The notes under the pieces were generated by a model that worked only from the letters and a program-made list of their open reading frames with translations, searched no databases and was not told the origin of the DNA. DNA of 14,174 bases from Bugula neritina (Eukaryota > Animalia > Bryozoa), in contig CAXIUT010000281.1 in assembly GCA_964035545.1 (NCBI GenBank), positions 1 to 14,174 of the forward strand, given 5' to 3'. Both the position numbers and the translations under genes were made by a program. Positions 9,595 through 14,174 of the stretch are shown piece after piece (the first letter of the stretch is position 1; every line of letters begins with the position of its first letter).

Positions 9595-12205
9595 TCAAAT
9601 CATTTTCTTTTATATTTTTTGGTTGATTTGTTCTTCTTTTTTATCACTGTGATTTGAATGAATGGTTTATATTTTGATTTTATCTGTTGTAGGAAGTTAG
9701 TGGTAGTATTATCGAGGTTGAATGAGGGGTTTGATGGATTTAATGAAAGACGTTTTGTTTATTTATTAAACTTTGTGGTTGCTTCTTAGTCCTAGACTAT
9801 CTATACTATTTAAACATGAAATAGAGGTGTGTGATTTTCTTAGTTTACCAACTAAACCATCTACTTCTTTGACATAGTTAACTCCCTCTTTAAACTATTT
9901 CAACTGCTATATTATTCTCTTCTAGGACTCTTCACTCTTATTTATCTTATTGTCTCTTATTTGCTTCTATTCTGTTTCTAAAAAATGATATCCACTATTT
10001 TTACTTTACATTTTAGTTGTTTTTTACTATGAGTGATTGTTTGAGGAGGGGTGATTGTTTGATGAGGGGTGATTGTGTGTTGATGGGTGATTGTTTGAGG
10101 ATGGGCTGACGTGTGTTGATGGGCTGACGTGTGTTGATGGGTTGATGTGTGTTGATGAGGGGTGACTTAGTTGTATTGTTGATGATTGATTGATGATGTG
10201 TTGACTTGGTTGTGTTGAGGATGGGCTGATGTTTTTTGTTGAGAGTCGGATGATTTGTTTGAGTTCTGAGTTGAAGTTGGTTTAATCTGGTATGTAGTTG
10301 GAATCGTATGAATCTGATAGGTCACTGTCTTAGTCATTGATGATGATTTATGTTGGATGATGATTATTTTTATTTTTATTTTGTTGTTTATGTTTTTAAT
10401 AAAGGATGTATTTTTTGGTGATAACATAGTTAAATAGTTATTTGAGTTATTCGTAATATTATTGATTTTATATTTTATTATATTTTTGATGGAAGTAGCT
10501 AGGTTTTAATTTTTATTGTTTGATTGAATTGATTTTAACAGGATTTATTTTTATTTTATCAATATTATTTTACAGCTTACTTTAAAGTTTATTTTAGAAT
10601 ATTTATTTATTTTATTGTTTTAACTACTTCCAAATATAGATCTTATTTTAAGTAAAGCAAGTTGTTTATTTACCATATCTTTATATTTGTTAAGCTGTTC
10701 CTGATACAATTGAAAACCTTTTTGTAATATCTAATTAATACTCATCCAAATCTTTATATTCCCTAACTTCCACTGGTATTCAGTAAATCTATCCTCTAAA
10801 TATACATATTTTTACTTCTATATTTCTATCCCACTATCCTTATGCAATCACCATATTCTCTCACATAATCTTCAAACCGATCCAGAATCTTCTTGCTCTT
10901 ATATTATCCCACTCCCCTCCCTATCTTCTTTTATCCCACTGCCCTCCCTATCTTCCTTTATCCCACTGCCTTCCCTATTTTCCTTTAACCTACTGCCCTC
11001 TCTGTCTTCTTCCTTTATTCTAAAATAACACCATTTATAACTCTCTATCTGGAATCACTCTCATTACCAGCAATCTCTTTATAAACTTTATTTTTCCCCT
11101 ACTTTTTTACCTTCTAGTTGACTGTTTAACTAGTATGCCACTAGACTGAGTTATTTTGCTATTACTATCTTTTGGGTGTTTATTAGGACTGTCTTTTGGG
11201 TGTTTATTAGGACTGTCTTTTGGGTGTTTATTAGGACTGTCTTTTGGGTGTTTGTTTATTTTATTTTTTGTGTGTTGATTGTGAGTATTGTCTGATGAGA
11301 ACTGGGTTGAGATTGGAGAGGTAGTCTTAGAATGAGCTTTGCTCTTATTTATAACTTTAGCTATCACTATTATCTTATCTGTAGCTGTGGCCTTATCTAT
11401 AACTCATATGTTATTTGTAGCTATTATATTAAAATAGATAGCTCCTATCAAAATCACTTTATTATCTTTAACTATTATCATTTTGTTATTTATAGCTGTT
11501 ATTATTTAATTCGTTGGAGTTATCATCTAGTTTACAACTGATTCTATCCTAGTTATTACTCTAAGAATTTTATTGATATTTATTGTTCTATTAGCTATTC
11601 TAGTGCTGATTTGGTGACTATTCCTATTTGATTGAGTGTTGATCAGGTTATTATTGGGTCATAGTTTTATGGAGTAATGATCTAATGGGATTATTTTCTT
11701 ATTTAACTTCTAATATTTGCCATTGATTCTATCTGTGGTCATTGAATTTAGAAGTTGCCACTTCTATTTATCTACAAACAGACAATAATAATTATAATTA
11801 TAACTTCTTTATCTATTATACTATCTATCTCCAAGAGGGAGCTTCCTGATTTGTTATTATGCTTGGGATAGACTCTAGAGTTGGATTATCTAAAATATCA
11901 AAATAGGACTATGAATCCAATTAAATATATACTGGTTCTAGTATTTGTATCGATTTTGGTTGTTTTTTGACTGAATCTACTGAGATAGGTTTATTATCTA
12001 AATTGACAGGCTAAACTTAAAAAGGTATATTGTTCGTTGTTAATTCATTACTAAATAAAGGTGGATCGTATTTTATTTAAATGGAAGGATCCTTTAACGA
12101 ACTTTTCCAAGTGTTGCAAGTTGATGGCAGTTAGTCTTTGCTTTACATCAGTACCCGAAGATCTTTGACTTATAAATGTGTTGTGATTGTTAAATATATT
12201 TGCAT
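9595..12205 (-). CDS. Large Q/N/S/K-rich hypothetical protein (about 850 aa); exon junctions near 10640-10815 are uncertain
   Basis: One minus frame has no TGA from ATG 12205 to about 10745. Another has no TGA from about 10779 to TGA 9595-9597. Both use TAA/TAG heavily. There is a candidate 20-nt intron at 10796-10815, but a second junction is needed to reach the 9595 stop; otherwise the gene ends at about 9900. No domain recognised. Confidence 0.65.
10030..10165 (-). repeat. Degenerate 18-nt coding repeats (PSTHVS / PSSNNH)
   Basis: Plus-strand units such as GATGGGCTGACGTGTGTT and GAGGGGTGATTGTTTGAT. Confidence 0.8.
10796..10815 (-). other. Candidate 20-nt intron
   Basis: GTAAAAATATGTATATTTAG on the minus strand, located where the upstream frame has to switch. 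Confidence 0.55.
10904..11011 (-). repeat. 27-nt coding repeat, about four copies
   Basis: Plus-strand TTATCCCACTGCCCTCCCTATCTTCCT and variants. Confidence 0.85.
11168..11253 (-). repeat. 24-nt coding repeat, 3.5 copies (TPKRQSQQ)
   Basis: Plus-strand TCTTTTGGGTGTTTATTAGGACTG; edge copies swap CAG with TAG and CAA with TAA. Confidence 0.92.
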
Positions 12206-12247
12206 ATAAAATTATTCCTGCTTTATTTTGAAATAATCTCACACTTT

Positions 12248-12331
12248 ATTAAGCTAAATATCATCTATATATCAAATTTTATCATCGATATTAAGCTAAA
12301 TATCATTTATATATCAAATTTTATCTTTGAT
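12248..12331. repeat. 42-bp tandem duplication
   Basis: ATTAAGCTAAATATCAT(C/T)TATATATCAAATTTTATC(ATC/TTT)GAT twice. Confidence 0.9.
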
Positions 12332-12587
12332 AACCAATAATCAAGATCTTCTTACGAAAGGAAAACAAGAAAAAGACAAAAATAGGACAAGAGACTTGAA
12401 AAAAGAATCCAAAAAATACTTTTCTGAATTAAGTATTTCTAGCATTATTTCTTTAGAGTCTCACTTCCCTCAATCAGAACTCTCGCACTTTATCAGATGA
12501 CCCCCAGTTTAGACTGGGTAGTCCTTGTTTATTTGAAAAAGTGAAGTAAGCCTATCGAGGTCAAAAGGCTAAGAGAAGGCTCATCTC

Positions 12588-12688
12588 ATTTATGGATAAC
12601 CCAAAGACTACTTATTTATGGATAACCCAAAGACTACTAATTTATGGATAACCCAAAGACTACTAATTTATGGATAACCCAAAGACTA
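12588..12688. repeat. 26-bp subtelomeric tandem repeat, about 3.9 copies
   Basis: ATTTATGGATAACCCAAAGACTACT(T/A), ending about 70 bp before the internal telomeric tract. Confidence 0.95.
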
Positions 12689-12756
12689 AATAATTTGATA
12701 TAAATGACTATTAAATAAATATAAAGATTTTAATTTTATGAAATGATTGGAATTAA

Positions 12757-12813
12757 GGGGTTGGGGTTGGGGTTGGGGTTGGGGTTGGGGTTGGGGTTGG
12801 GGTTGGGGTTGGG
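12757..12813 (+). repeat. Internal telomeric tract, (GGGGTT)9.5
   Basis: Perfect G4T2 repeats of the Tetrahymena type, followed directly by unique sequence. Confidence 0.97.
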
Positions 12814-12831
12814 AGAGTCCAACAGTAGATA

Positions 12832-14106
12832 ATGAGACAAACAGAAGCAGTAAATATTTTGCTTATTTCTGCATTGGCTGTTAACTAGAACTTTCCCTTC
12901 AAAATATCTCCACTTCCCCAGTCAGTCAAAATCATACTTATATATAAACTCATCACCATCATGAATAAGTGCCATCGAATCCACATCTGCTTCTCATAGA
13001 CCAGAGATTCTTCTTACTAAGCCTTTAACTTCTTGTTGATATCCACTTATTGCAATTATACAAAGGTTTAAGAGTCTTATTTATTAGAAGATCCATAGAT
13101 AGAACCAAAACTTGACAGAAGGACAAAAAAACAAGAGATAGGGATGTTTATTTTCAAGAAAAGAGTTGTGGTGATGAGAGTTGAAGTGTCTGGATGGAGT
13201 AGAGATTGGCTGCAAGTGTTATTGGATAATATAGCACTGAAGAACCAATATGAATTGAAGACCGAGAGGGCAGAAGTGGCAAGCAGAGAGTTTTGTTTGT
13301 TGTAGTTCAGCAACTGAATGCCAAATAAAGATAAAGTCATCACTGTTGAGAGGATATTCGGGTAGTTTTAGCAGGAAAAAGAACTGCTGAGAATGTATCC
13401 GTAGATATTTAAAGCAAAAGCTATGACGTAGTTGACGATGGAGAAGGAAATAAGAAGACAACCATAGAGCTGACTGCCTTGAGAGTAGTTTTAAGCCCAT
13501 TTTATTCCCCAAAGATAAGCAAGGTCTATTACAATGATGATCTAGTTAAAATAAAGGTACCTGCCAGACGATAAAAATATAAGAGAAGAGTTGACAGAAA
13601 TTGGAGAAACTTACCAGCCAGTGATTTTATAGTTGTAGTGTGAGGAGGAATATGAGGACAGTGATGACGAATTTGGTGAAGAAAAGTCCTTAATTGATGA
13701 CAGTTGCTATTCTAGTGGTACAGCAGAGCATGAGAAAGATCATTAGACAGCTGAAAAGGAAAAGTGAGAGAGTTATCCTATAGATGACTGAAGCAGAAAC
13801 GCAGTCAAACTCATGAGTAAGAGTCAAACAAGTGATCCCATCTGCTATGATATTCATGAAGAACTCCCACTACCTGAGGAGGTACATGGTGAGATATACA
13901 AAGAGGATGAGGGAGAAGTAGAGGAGAGAGTACATAAATTTGATGAAGGCGATTCTTCCGATGATTTTGAGTGCAGTTTAGAAGAACTCTTGACAGCAGA
14001 ATTGGATGCAGCAGCAAGTACCACTGACTACTAGTTGGTTGATCATATTGTATTAAATATTATTTATTTGTCTTACAGTTATAAAATATTTCTAATTATC
14101 GTTTGA
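12832..14106 (+). CDS. Long frame (about 400-424 codons) with an acidic C-terminal half and five internal TGA codons: either a TGA=Trp gene or a pseudogene
   Basis: Frame 1 is free of frameshifts from the telomere junction and ATG 12832. Internal TGA at 13315, 13471, 13480, 13765 and 13789. Strong GAN codon bias from 13560 to 14030 (EEEYEDSDDEFGEE, DEGDSSDDFE). The end is either TAG 14032-14034 or TGA 14104-14106. The start is uncertain. Confidence 0.5.
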
Positions 14107-14111
14107 TTTAC

Positions 14112-14174
14112 GGGGTTGGGGTTGGGGTTGGGGTTGGGGTTGGGGTTGGGGTTGGGGTTGGGGTTGGGGTTGGG
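14112..14174 (+). repeat. Terminal telomere, (GGGGTT)10.5
   Basis: Perfect G4T2 repeats to the end of the window, with the G-strand running 5'->3' toward the end. Confidence 0.97.

Noticed and set aside
12332-12587. Possible small gene or upstream extension of the 12205 gene
   Set aside because: The candidate frames I read on both strands contain TGA and show no recognisable motif.
12588-12756. Tetrahymena 15-bp chromosome breakage sequence (Cbs)
   Set aside because: There is no match to TAAACCAACCTCTTT here, and Cbs is normally lost when telomeres are added.
3139-13512. Most supplied ORFs (3139, 3654, 4824, 8061, 8245, 8839, 9155, 11107, 11332, 12051, 13077, 13219)
   Set aside because: They are antisense or out-of-frame shadows of TAR=Gln genes. 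Only 6698-6907 and 13813-14034, and possibly 10167-10427, fall in likely true frames.
13764-13783. 20-nt GT..AG (GTGAGAGAGTTATCCTATAG) as an intron removing the 13765 TGA
   Set aside because: Splicing shifts the frame and produces an immediate TGA, leaving the downstream acidic frame-1 sequence unexplained. The donor also differs from the GTA seen in the other introns.

Overview
AT-rich eukaryotic DNA, most likely the right end of a ciliate chromosome. It has (GGGGTT)n telomeric repeats, TAA/TAG read as Gln, TGA as the usual stop, 19-20 nt GT..AG introns, and intergenic gaps as short as 16 bp. The supplied standard-code ORF track is therefore mostly artefact. Hand translation with TAR=Gln gives eight genes: a 5'-partial IS630/Tc1-type transposase derivative with its DDE triad changed to N/N/Q, a RING-CH membrane E3 ligase, a SelO-like kinase-fold protein, a possible mitochondrial DUF4097-like protein, a B-box protein, a twin-CX9C protein, an RG-rich U-box protein and a long low-complexity protein. 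A 1.7-kb 23-bp minisatellite and several 24-26 bp or 42 bp repeats sit between genes. The oddest part is a 1.3-kb segment between two same-orientation telomeric tracts (12757-12813 and 14112-14174). It holds one long frame with five internal TGA codons in Trp-like contexts, whereas the other genes use only TGG for Trp. All translations and counts were done by hand and no database searches were run.
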